Sequence record: SRR20825010_6612
Reading direction: 5' to 3' (one strand)
DNA: 64,000 nt
Numbering within the stretch: position 1 is the stretch's first letter; every line of letters begins with the position of its first letter. Below are positions 8,286-18,553 of this stretch, piece by piece. Under the pieces are notes generated by a model. That model made no database searches. It was not told the DNA's origin and saw nothing but the letters and a program-made list of their open reading frames with translations. The position numbers and the translations under genes are program-made.

Positions 8286-10709
8286 TTAGAAAGAAGCTCT
8301 TAACGTAAGGATGAAATTTCGTCCGGGTGCAGAAATATTAGATGCAAAAACACGGTAATTCTGATCCAAAATATTCTCACACGCCACTTGAACTCTCACG
8401 TTTTTCGAGATTGCATAGTTCAATCGTGCGTTGAGCGTAAACCAAGAAGGCATTCCATCTGGCGTTGCAAATGCAAAATTATCTTCTCCAACTAAGTTAT
8501 AGTCTTTTACACGTTTCCAACCCGCATAGTTCAGGAAGAAGTCTCCTGAGAACTTTTTCAAGTGTACGTTAAAATTCACTTTTCCAAATACTGGAGGAAT
8601 GTGATCCAACGGATAATCTGTAGAATCTGTTCGAATTCTTCCGTACGTATAATTTACTGTTGCAAATACCTTCACGAAATCGTTCAATTTTCCTGAGATC
8701 GCTCCTTCGAATCCATAAACGTAAGCGCTTCCAGCATTCACTGTTGAACGCACTTGACTCAATTGACCGCCATACATGATTGAGTCCGCCCCATTAAACG
8801 TTCCATTTTGAACTGTCAACGCATTCACCAATTCAGTATAATAGCCAGTTGTGGAAATCGTTAACCCTTCCATCAAATCACGTGAAACTCCAAGTTCAGC
8901 GTTGTAACTGTATTCTGCTTTCAAATCGGGGTTTGGCACGATTACCGTTCCTGGCTGAGAATCAAACACTTTCGTTACGTCATCCACATTTGGTGCTCTA
9001 AATCCAGAAGAAACACCTCCCACAATTCTCCATCTTTCGGTTGGCATGAATACCATTCCAAGATTTCCATTTATAGCATTATTTGATTGCGACAAACTAG
9101 AGAATGGAAAAGGAAAGAAGGTTTGATCGATGAATTTACTTTGCAAACCTACGTGTGTAAATCTTAATCCATCGTTTAGCACCCATTTCTCATTGATTTC
9201 CATTTTGTGCGTTCCATAAACAGCGCCAGAATACATTTGAGAACCACCATCTGGATAGCGCGTATCAAGCGTTCCAGTTGTATCAGCAACGATATCCTCT
9301 GCAAAAGCCGTTGAATTTACATCGTTGTAAAATAACTCAGCTCCGTAGCGGATTTCATGTCGGTTAATTCGCTTTGCAAGATCAAAGTTTACGGTTCCAA
9401 TGTTCAGTTTTTCTATGCGATGGCTTCGAATATTCTTTTTATAGCCTCGATCGATTCTACTCTCTTCAATATTCTGATATCCCAACGTAAATACCAATTC
9501 ATCATACATTTTTGTTTTCTTAGTACTCTCAAAAGTGTATGCTGCGAAGAGTCTGTTTTGTGGTCCATAGTACCATTCGGCAAATTTAGGAAGTCCACCA
9601 CCAGAAGTTTGTGTAAGTCTATCATAACGTGGAACATCCGAAGAAGTTGAATATTGGAGATTCAGCAAATGCGTGGAATTGTCGCTTGGTTTGTAGATGA
9701 ACTTTTGCAAGAAATCATACTGCGTGTATCCCGATCCAACTTGAAGGTTTGTGTCTTTGTTTATGATCATAGAATCTACACCGTTGATGCGCTCTACTGA
9801 CCAATTTCGCGCTCCAAAACTAGAATAAGCTGGATTTCTCACGCTGCCTTGTCGTAAATCATCAAATTGAGAATAGGTAAATGACGTAAGCGATCCAAAA
9901 CGCTTCTTCCCAACTGAAACGTGCGCATGTCCAGTAACACCATTAGCTGCTGAATGATAGCGGGCATAACCCGAACCTTTTACTAGCAATTCATCGCTTG
10001 AAGAGAGTATTGGATTTTTCGTTCTGAACGACATTACTCCTCCAATTGCGTCAGATCCATAAACAACAGAACCTGGTCCGTAAACCACTTCTACACGATC
10101 CATGATTGCATTGTCTAGTGTAACAACATTCTGGAGGTGACCTCCTCGGTAAACTGCATTGTTCATTCGAACACCGTCTACAACAATTAAAATCTTGTTG
10201 GTTTCAAAACCACGAATAATCGGACTTCCTCCTCCCAACTGGCTTTTTTGTACCATCACATTTCCTGTATTGGAAATCACATCTGCAGTTGAAGATTGAT
10301 TCATGTTCTCCAACTCACGTGAGTTAATCACTTGAATTTTCTGCACCAAATCCTTTTTCTTTTCTTCAAACTTACTTCCCGAAACAACGATTTCTTCTAG
10401 CGAATTATCCAAAATAACCAGTGAAATTCGACGTGTTTCGTTGGCCCCCAGTTTGGAAGCATCTTCTATATTGTATTTCAATAATTCATAGCCTGGATGA
10501 TATATCCAAACTACTTTCTTCGCAAAGGAAGGTTGAATGACAATTTCTCCCTTGTTGTTCGACTTTGCATAAATCAATTCTGAATCGATTGCTGATAGCT
10601 CAACACCTTGAATCGGCTCTTGAGTTGTTTGATCGAGAAATTGTAGTGTTTGACTGTTTGCAATACCCACAAATAACAGGAATGCAAGTAATGATAATAC
10701 TTTATTCAT
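8286..10709 (-). CDS. TonB-dependent receptor (heme/hemoglobin/siderophore-receptor-like)
   Basis: Signal peptide; LEEIVVSG TonB-box-like; plug motifs IIRGFE..ILIVVDGVRMN and RVEVVYGPGSVVYGSDAIGGV; FRAPN and NPDL motifs; C-terminal Phe. Confidence 0.92.
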   Translation of the reverse strand: MNKVLSLLAFLLFVGIANSQTLQFLDQTTQEPIQGVELSAIDSELIYAKSNNKGEIVIQPSFAKKVVWIYHPGYELLKYNIEDASKLGANETRRISLVILDNSLEEIVVSGSKFEEKKKDLVQKIQVINSRELENMNQSSTADVISNTGNVMVQKSQLGGGSPIIRGFETNKILIVVDGVRMNNAVYRGGHLQNVVTLDNAIMDRVEVVYGPGSVVYGSDAIGGVMSFRTKNPILSSSDELLVKGSGYARYHSAANGVTGHAHVSVGKKRFGSLTSFTYSQFDDLRQGSVRNPAYSSFGARNWSVERINGVDSMIINKDTNLQVGSGYTQYDFLQKFIYKPSDNSTHLLNLQYSTSSDVPRYDRLTQTSGGGLPKFAEWYYGPQNRLFAAYTFESTKKTKMYDELVFTLGYQNIEESRIDRGYKKNIRSHRIEKLNIGTVNFDLAKRINRHEIRYGAELFYNDVNSTAFAEDIVADTTGTLDTRYPDGGSQMYSGAVYGTHKMEINEKWVLNDGLRFTHVGLQSKFIDQTFFPFPFSSLSQSNNAINGNLGMVFMPTERWRIVGGVSSGFRAPNVDDVTKVFDSQPGTVIVPNPDLKAEYSYNAELGVSRDLMEGLTISTTGYYTELVNALTVQNGTFNGADSIMYGGQLSQVRSTVNAGSAYVYGFEGAISGKLNDFVKVFATVNYTYGRIRTDSTDYPLDHIPPVFGKVNFNVHLKKFSGDFFLNYAGWKRVKDYNLVGEDNFAFATPDGMPSWFTLNARLNYAISKNVRVQVACENILDQNYRVFASNISAPGRNFILTLRASF

Positions 10710-10745
10710 TTTTTAAATTAATTCGTTAAACATTTAGATACATTT

Positions 10746-11294
10746 TTAGACAAATGCGCTGCGCTTTGGGGGCGGTGAGTCAAAACTCACGTGCTTAACT
10801 GAATGTTTTTTGAATTGAATTTCTCCCATCTCTTGCGAGGTAGGAAAATCGTTTAACTTTAGCTCAATACCACTTTCGGGAAGTAGGTAGGGTGAAAAAA
10901 TGGTATAACCGATCAACTTAATGGGCAAATTTTTACTCTGATTCTCTGTGAGTTCTTGGCCTAAAGCGCTGTTCAACTCAGCAAAAAGTTTCGTTTCTTG
11001 AATATCCGAAATACATTCCATCCGTCGCTTATTCCCTTCTACAGTTCGGGATTCAATAACGTCATAAAAACGATTTCCAAGACGAAATTCATTTGGCTTA
11101 ACCCACACCAAATTTGATGTACAATACTCTTCGCTGAATGTGAAAACAACCCGTTCACTCTCAGGGACTCCATTTTTCAATTTAAACTTGACTTCTTTAC
11201 GCGCAGAGTTCAATTGAATCTCAAGACTGAGAAAATTCCCCAGAATACTCCAAACGAAGGCAAGAAGCAATATAGAACAGCTGATTTTTCGCAC
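10746..11294 (-). CDS. Hypothetical membrane-anchored protein with C-terminal PPP motif, upstream of the TonB receptor
   Basis: N-terminal TM helix, EFRLGNRFYDVI motif, C-terminus FDSPPPKRSAFV. GTG start at 11294 chosen; TTG at 11300 is possible. Confidence 0.75.
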   Translation of the reverse strand: MRKISCSILLLAFVWSILGNFLSLEIQLNSARKEVKFKLKNGVPESERVVFTFSEEYCTSNLVWVKPNEFRLGNRFYDVIESRTVEGNKRRMECISDIQETKLFAELNSALGQELTENQSKNLPIKLIGYTIFSPYLLPESGIELKLNDFPTSQEMGEIQFKKHSVKHVSFDSPPPKRSAFV

Positions 11295-11417
11295 GTCCAA
11301 ATGTAACTCATTTTTAAGTTAGAACGAAGTAAGCTTAAAACAAATTTTGTTCTCTTCTTACAACTCAAATAGTTGATTTTACGGAGTGTTCAATTGATTC
11401 GAAAACTAGATCGCTAA

Positions 11418-13271
11418 TTATCTTGCAAACCGACGATGAATGATTTCCACATTATCGAAAGCCGTTGAGTCTCCGTGCGGCTGAAACAGATATACACTAT
11501 ACGATCCTGCTAGCTTTGGCTCAGTAACTAACAACGAAACGTTAAGCTGAACCCAACCATCTTCAACTTTCGTTTCTTCACCTTGCTCAAAACGGTAATA
11601 ATTTCCATCTTCGTTAGAAATTACAATTCCTCCGTTCAATCCAAGTCGATCGGCTTTAACCACGATTCTGTCGCCAAACTGGCAATTATTAATTTTCACG
11701 CTAGCGCCAAATGGAGAATCCTTCGAAACCACAAAGCGATTTTCTCCAGAAACCTTATGAATCGCGGAAGTGAAACCTAGCTGTGCTGAAAAGCTCTCTT
11801 TATTTGTTGAGCTGAACCTACCCTTCTTTGCAACTTCATCCGCACTAAATGCTAAGGAAACATTTCTAAATTGAGAAGGCACATAATACCTGTTGTAAAC
11901 CACAGTTAGACTGAAAACGAGCATAAACGTACTGATAACAGCTACTAAAGCGGGCATCCAAGAAACCCTCCATTTTCCTCCAAGAGCCATAAAGACCAAC
12001 GGAAAGACAGGAATAAAATATCGTCCTTGTAAATTAGTCACAATTGGATCTCCAACACAGGTCCAAATCAACAATTGTGAAACAACGACTAGCGAAAACA
12101 TGAGAAAAGGCGCACTTAAAAGAATCAACCTGTGTTTTAGCTTTAATCGGCCATTATTTGCTCCATCGGTTATCGCAACAAAAAATATAACGACGTAAGT
12201 CAAAATCACGGACCACGTTGGTAAATAAGTGTCGATCCAACCAAAGGTTCCTACGTAACCACGTGCGTACATATCAAACGGAAGCGTGAATGCGTTACTT
12301 ATCGACTCAACTAAATAACCCCAGTGAGTTGAAATATACGTCGTTTGTGCATGAATATCAGCACAGAAACTTAGATTCGAGAGGTCTCTGAACGCACTAT
12401 TGTATTCGGCATAAGTCAGGTGAGAGCCCGACATAATTTTTGACCAAACCAAAACAGTTAAAAGTGTCATGCCCGCTAGCACTCCCATCTGAACAAAATA
12501 ATTCTTACGAGAATTGAATTTGCTGATTGGAATGAGCAGATAAAGTAAAAAGATTGGGACGTATACCAATTTTGCGGAAGCCAATAAAACGCCTAGGCAA
12601 AGCGCATAAATCCAATGGCGTCGAGTCCATTCTTCTTCTGTTCGAGCCAATTTAAAGGCGTGAGCGATGACCAAAAAAGCCAAAGCGTTGGACATCACAT
12701 CTGCGCTCAGCGATGCATTTACTGTTAATGACATAGGAAGGAGCGCGAGTAAAACCAAGAGCCATTTAAACACTGGAATACTTCGGATAGCAAAGAAAAC
12801 GCACGCCAACCAAAAAATTAAAGAACAAAGTCGACCAACATACATTAAAAACAAAGGAGACCCTCCAAAAATCCTAGCAATAAAGATCCCTATTGATTGT
12901 GGCAGATAAGAGATTGGGGAATAAACCGCCGTATTTGCAAAGTCTACAAACTCTGTCTCACTCGATTTCTCTTTGAATTCTCCAAGAATTACTTTTGCGC
13001 TTGTTTTTTCATGCATCCTTCCAAATAAGTGTGAAAATGAATCCGAAACATGTGCGACCTCAAAAGGAAGAAATCCTCCGACTCTATTATCCACTTTTGA
13101 GGAGACCATCTTCCCCTCCGAAATTTGATACGCTTTGTAAAAGTGATTCACCTCATCCGGAGTTTGAAACGGAGGTGTGAAGATTAAGTATAAGAGTCCA
13201 AATGAAATACCTAAAAATAGGAATACCGCTTGCGGTGAACTTCTCAAGATGACATCAATTATTCTTTTCAA
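11418..13271 (-). CDS. DUF2142 family multi-pass membrane protein (GT-C-like glycosyltransferase) with soluble C-terminal domain
   Basis: TPPFQTPDEVNHFYKAYQIS, YSPISYLPQSIGI, GTFGWIDT and LQGRYFIP motifs; many TM helices; TTG start. Confidence 0.85.
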   Translation of the reverse strand: MKRIIDVILRSSPQAVFLFLGISFGLLYLIFTPPFQTPDEVNHFYKAYQISEGKMVSSKVDNRVGGFLPFEVAHVSDSFSHLFGRMHEKTSAKVILGEFKEKSSETEFVDFANTAVYSPISYLPQSIGIFIARIFGGSPLFLMYVGRLCSLIFWLACVFFAIRSIPVFKWLLVLLALLPMSLTVNASLSADVMSNALAFLVIAHAFKLARTEEEWTRRHWIYALCLGVLLASAKLVYVPIFLLYLLIPISKFNSRKNYFVQMGVLAGMTLLTVLVWSKIMSGSHLTYAEYNSAFRDLSNLSFCADIHAQTTYISTHWGYLVESISNAFTLPFDMYARGYVGTFGWIDTYLPTWSVILTYVVIFFVAITDGANNGRLKLKHRLILLSAPFLMFSLVVVSQLLIWTCVGDPIVTNLQGRYFIPVFPLVFMALGGKWRVSWMPALVAVISTFMLVFSLTVVYNRYYVPSQFRNVSLAFSADEVAKKGRFSSTNKESFSAQLGFTSAIHKVSGENRFVVSKDSPFGASVKINNCQFGDRIVVKADRLGLNGGIVISNEDGNYYRFEQGEETKVEDGWVQLNVSLLVTEPKLAGSYSVYLFQPHGDSTAFDNVEIIHRRFAR

Positions 13272-13392
13272 ATGAACTTTCTTAAACGATAAATATTGAA
13301 ATTAAATCGCAAAAGATATCGAAATAATTCAGGTAATCTCTTTCTATGCGACACATTATCTTACTAAAATATATACGTTAATTTTGACGAAT

Positions 13393-14025
13393 ATGGAACA
13401 TCAAATTCAAGGACAAAAGTCATACCGATACGAAGTAAGTAACGCCGAACATTCCCCGACCAAAGTGTTATACGTATTGCACGGATATGGACAACTCGCA
13501 AAATACTTCATTCGGAAATTCTCTTCACTGCCTAACGATTTCCTGATTGTTGCTCCAGAAGGCATGCATCGATTTTATTTACAAGGCAGTGCTGGAAGAG
13601 TTGGCGCATCATGGATGACAAAGGAAGCACGCGATTCCGATATTTCCGACACCATTCGTTTTCTGAATCAATTGGATCATAAAATTTCATCTGATTTTGA
13701 CATTCACGAACGCTACGTGATAGGATTTTCTCAAGGTGGAGCTGCGGCGGCTCGTTGGTATGAACTCGGAACCGTTTCTTTCGATGCCGTGGCACTTTGG
13801 GGATGTGTTTTTCCGCCAGATTTGATCGTCAACAAATTTAAAGTTGCGAACAAAAAATCCTTTTTCTTAGTTGGTGACGAAGATGAGTTCTATTCCGAGC
13901 AACGCCATGAACTCTCGGAAATCTATGAGGGAATGGGCTTTCAAATCATTCCATACGCGGGCGGACACGATGTCATTAACGAAACATTAACAGAATTAAT
14001 AAAGAAAATGGAAGCTCTTGAATGA
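13393..14025 (+). CDS. Phospholipase/carboxylesterase (alpha/beta hydrolase)
   Basis: LHGYGQ oxyanion motif, GFSQG nucleophile, GDEDE and GGH. Confidence 0.9.
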   Translation: MEHQIQGQKSYRYEVSNAEHSPTKVLYVLHGYGQLAKYFIRKFSSLPNDFLIVAPEGMHRFYLQGSAGRVGASWMTKEARDSDISDTIRFLNQLDHKISSDFDIHERYVIGFSQGGAAAARWYELGTVSFDAVALWGCVFPPDLIVNKFKVANKKSFFLVGDEDEFYSEQRHELSEIYEGMGFQIIPYAGGHDVINETLTELIKKMEALE

Positions 14026-14080
14026 ATCCGAGGATATCTTGGCACAATTTTCGATATTTGCATTGAAAACAAATTTAGAT

Positions 14081-14716
14081 ATGAAATTACTCGCAACATT
14101 ATTTACACTATTAACATTCGCATCCTTTGGTCAAGACGCCAAGGCACAAGGCATTCTCGATAAATTATCGAAGAAAATGAAGGGATACACTTCCTTTTAT
14201 GTTGAGTTTAGTGCGAACATTAAGAACTCAGATTCTGGTGCCGATGAAAGCGAAACTGGAAAAGGATGGGTTAAAGGAGATAAATTTTATGCTTCTTTTG
14301 GTGAAAACACAATTATTTCAAATGGTGTGAAAACTTGGACCATTGTGAAAGAAGAAAAAGCAGCCTATGAAACAGATGCTGACGAAGACGATGAAGAAGC
14401 GATCAATCCTAAAAAATTGATGACAATTTGGGAAGGTGGCTTCAAAAATAAATACGTGAAAGAAATGGATCTCGGAGGAGAAATGGTTGATGTAATTAAC
14501 CTTTATCCTAAGAATGCGGCAAAAGTAGAATACCACACGGTTATTCTCTATGTTTCAAAATCGAGTGATGAATTAAAGAAAGTGATCTTAAAAATGAAAG
14601 ATGGTACTACAATGACGTACCGATTGACAAAATTCGAATCGAACCCTACGATTAGCGATAGCAAATTTGTCTTTGATAAATCAAAATACCCTGGTTATAC
14701 AGTAATTAAAGATTAA
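14081..14716 (+). CDS. lolA: Outer-membrane lipoprotein carrier LolA family
   Basis: Signal peptide; G..WVKGDKF, IISNGVKTWT, INP and F.FDKSKYPG motifs typical of Bacteroidota LolA. Start placed at MKLLATL. Confidence 0.85.
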   Translation: MKLLATLFTLLTFASFGQDAKAQGILDKLSKKMKGYTSFYVEFSANIKNSDSGADESETGKGWVKGDKFYASFGENTIISNGVKTWTIVKEEKAAYETDADEDDEEAINPKKLMTIWEGGFKNKYVKEMDLGGEMVDVINLYPKNAAKVEYHTVILYVSKSSDELKKVILKMKDGTTMTYRLTKFESNPTISDSKFVFDKSKYPGYTVIKD

Positions 14717-14731
14717 AAAATTCCCTTTTAC

Positions 14732-14770
14732 ACTAAAAAGCCGTTGAATGATTTCAACGGCTTTTTTAGT
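14732..14770. terminator. Bidirectional intrinsic terminator
   Basis: actaaaaagccgttgaa-tgat-ttcaacggcttttttagt near-perfect stem between convergent genes. Confidence 0.85.
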
Positions 14771-14819
14771 TCTACTGAATTTCTGTAATACTACAGAAAA
14801 ATGAAATTTCTATTGTTCT

Positions 14820-16820
14820 CTAGTAGTTCATGATTGCATTTACTGCAGCATCTATGCGCTCTTTCGGTAAGAATTGAGCTTCGAGTTTGGCAGCAAATGG
14901 CACTGGCGTATCCAACGAAGCGACACGTTTTACAGGAGCATCTAACGACTCGAAACAATTTTCAGAGATCAACGCAACGATTTCTCCTCCAATTCCACCT
15001 GTCATGCAATCTTCATGTAATACAATTGCCTTACCCGTTTTTCTTACTGAACTGTATATCGCCTCTGTATCTAAAGGTAACAAGGTTCTTAAATCGAGAA
15101 TTTCTATCGAAAGGTCGGAATGATTCTCAGCATATTCCAATGCCCAATGAACTCCCAAACCGTAAGTGATAATTGTCAAATCCGATCCTTCGCGCGTAAC
15201 TTTAGCTTTCCCGATCTCTACCGTGTAATAATCGTCCGCTACTTCTTCGCGGATACTGCGGTACAAGAATTTGTGTTCAAATACCATCACCGGATTCGGA
15301 TCTTCAATTGCCGCTGCGAGTAACCCTTTGGCATCCGTAGGATTCGAAGGGAATACGATTTTTAATCCTGGAGTGTGAAAAAACCACGCTTCATTACTTT
15401 GCGAGTGAAACGGTCCTGCGGCGGCTCCTGCACCAGTTGGCATACGAACAACAACATCTGCATTCTGTCCCCAACGCCAATTCATTTTCGCTAGGTTATT
15501 TACAATTTGATTAAAACCGCATGTAGCGAAATCGGCAAATTGCATCTCAACAACGGCTTTCATTCCTGCAATCGACAATCCTAAGCCAGCTCCAACGATC
15601 GCAGATTCACAGATTGGCGTATTTCGAACGCGTTCTTTTCCAAATTGTTCAACAAATCCTTCTGTAATTTTAAATACTCCGCCGTATTCAGCTACATCTT
15701 GCCCCATAATAACGAGGTCATTGTATTTTTCCATCGACTGACGTAAGCCATCTTGAATCGCGTCAATAAATCTCTTTTCCGAAGTTTTTCCTTTCGGTTC
15801 AATTACTTCTTGCGTATAATCAGCATAGATATCAGCCAATTCATTTTCCACATTTGGAATAATATCTGGTTCTGCAAAAGCAATGTCTAATCCTTCTTGA
15901 ATTTCCTCTTTTATTTTCCCACGGTATTCCGCTTCAATTTCATCCGTCAGAATTCCGTTTTCTTTCAAAAAATTCGCGTAGTTAACAATCGGATCAAATT
16001 CTTCCCATTCCTCTTGAAGTCCTTCTGGATAATATTTCGTACCGGATGCTTCTTCGTGTCCGCGCATTCTGAACGTCATAAATTCGAGCAAGATCGGTCG
16101 AGGGTTTGTTCGGATAGAATCTGCCAATTTTCTTACAGTAGAAATAACTTCCAGAATATTGTTTCCATTTATCTGAATAGCTTCCATTCCGTAGCCGATT
16201 CCTTTATCGATAAACTGCGCACATTTGAATTGTTCATTGGAAGGTGTTGAAAGTCCCCAACAGTTGTTTTCAATTCCAAAAATCACAGGAAGATCCCAAA
16301 CCGAAGCAACATTCAATGCTTCATGAAAATCTCCTTCACTTGCTCCGCCATCTCCTGTGAAAACAATCGTTGCCTTTTTTTGGTCTCTTAGTTTTGATGC
16401 CAACGCGATTCCGTCTGCAAGTCCAAGTTGTGGACCGAGGTGAGAAATCATCCCAACAATATTATATTCTTGTGATCCAAAGTGAAAAGAGCGATCCCGT
16501 CCTTTTGTGAATCCAGACATTTTACCTTGAAACTGTGCGAAGAGTCTACTTAATGGAATATCACGCGTTGTGAAAACACCCAGATTTCTGTGCATTGGGA
16601 GAATATACTCTTCCCTATCCATTGCATACGCCGAACCCACGGAAACAGCTTCTTGTCCCCAGCCTGAAAACCATTTAGAAATTTTCCCTTGTCGAAGAAG
16701 GATTAACATTTTTTCCTCGATCATTCGAGGTTTCAATATTCTATTGTAGATCGAAAGTAATTCGGCATCTTCAAAACCAGTTCTGTCGAAAGTTACTTTA
16801 CGCTTATCGGGCATCGCCAT
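14820..16820 (-). CDS. Fused 2-oxoacid (2-oxoisovalerate-type) dehydrogenase E1 alpha/beta subunit
   Basis: TPP motif GDGGASEGDFHEALN, FRMRGHEE, RVRNTPICE, AGPFHSQS. Start placed at MAMPDK. Confidence 0.92.
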   Translation of the reverse strand: MAMPDKRKVTFDRTGFEDAELLSIYNRILKPRMIEEKMLILLRQGKISKWFSGWGQEAVSVGSAYAMDREEYILPMHRNLGVFTTRDIPLSRLFAQFQGKMSGFTKGRDRSFHFGSQEYNIVGMISHLGPQLGLADGIALASKLRDQKKATIVFTGDGGASEGDFHEALNVASVWDLPVIFGIENNCWGLSTPSNEQFKCAQFIDKGIGYGMEAIQINGNNILEVISTVRKLADSIRTNPRPILLEFMTFRMRGHEEASGTKYYPEGLQEEWEEFDPIVNYANFLKENGILTDEIEAEYRGKIKEEIQEGLDIAFAEPDIIPNVENELADIYADYTQEVIEPKGKTSEKRFIDAIQDGLRQSMEKYNDLVIMGQDVAEYGGVFKITEGFVEQFGKERVRNTPICESAIVGAGLGLSIAGMKAVVEMQFADFATCGFNQIVNNLAKMNWRWGQNADVVVRMPTGAGAAAGPFHSQSNEAWFFHTPGLKIVFPSNPTDAKGLLAAAIEDPNPVMVFEHKFLYRSIREEVADDYYTVEIGKAKVTREGSDLTIITYGLGVHWALEYAENHSDLSIEILDLRTLLPLDTEAIYSSVRKTGKAIVLHEDCMTGGIGGEIVALISENCFESLDAPVKRVASLDTPVPFAAKLEAQFLPKERIDAAVNAIMNY

Positions 16821-16883
16821 GAGTTGTTTTATTTGGTACGACAAATCTAACAAATTGCCTAATCATTGTTAAAATTATTCCAT

Positions 16884-16915
16884 AAAAAAAGGTCGTTTAC
16901 AAACTGCAAACGACC
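16884..16915 (-). terminator. Intrinsic terminator of gdhA
   Basis: ggtcgttt/aaacgacc stem with A7 on the left. Confidence 0.75.
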
Positions 16916-16943
16916 ATTTAAATATATTGTTTTCAGGATTTGA

Positions 16944-18416
<1,473 letters not shown>

Positions 18417-18477
18417 CTATTTTAGTTCAAAAAATGAACAATAATTATTTTAATGTTATTTTTTTGTTGTTTCTCTG

Positions 18478-18504
18478 GCAACTAAACAAAAGCTAATCCG
18501 TCTA
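18478..18504 (+). promoter_or_regulatory. Candidate ECF-sigma promoter (GCAAC-N16-CGTCTA)
   Basis: ECF-type AAC/-35 and CGTC/-10 spacing about 50 nt upstream of the T9SS cargo gene. Confidence 0.45.
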
Positions 18505-18553
18505 CTGAGCAACAGCACACTAAAAGCATATTACACTTTATACAATTACTATA

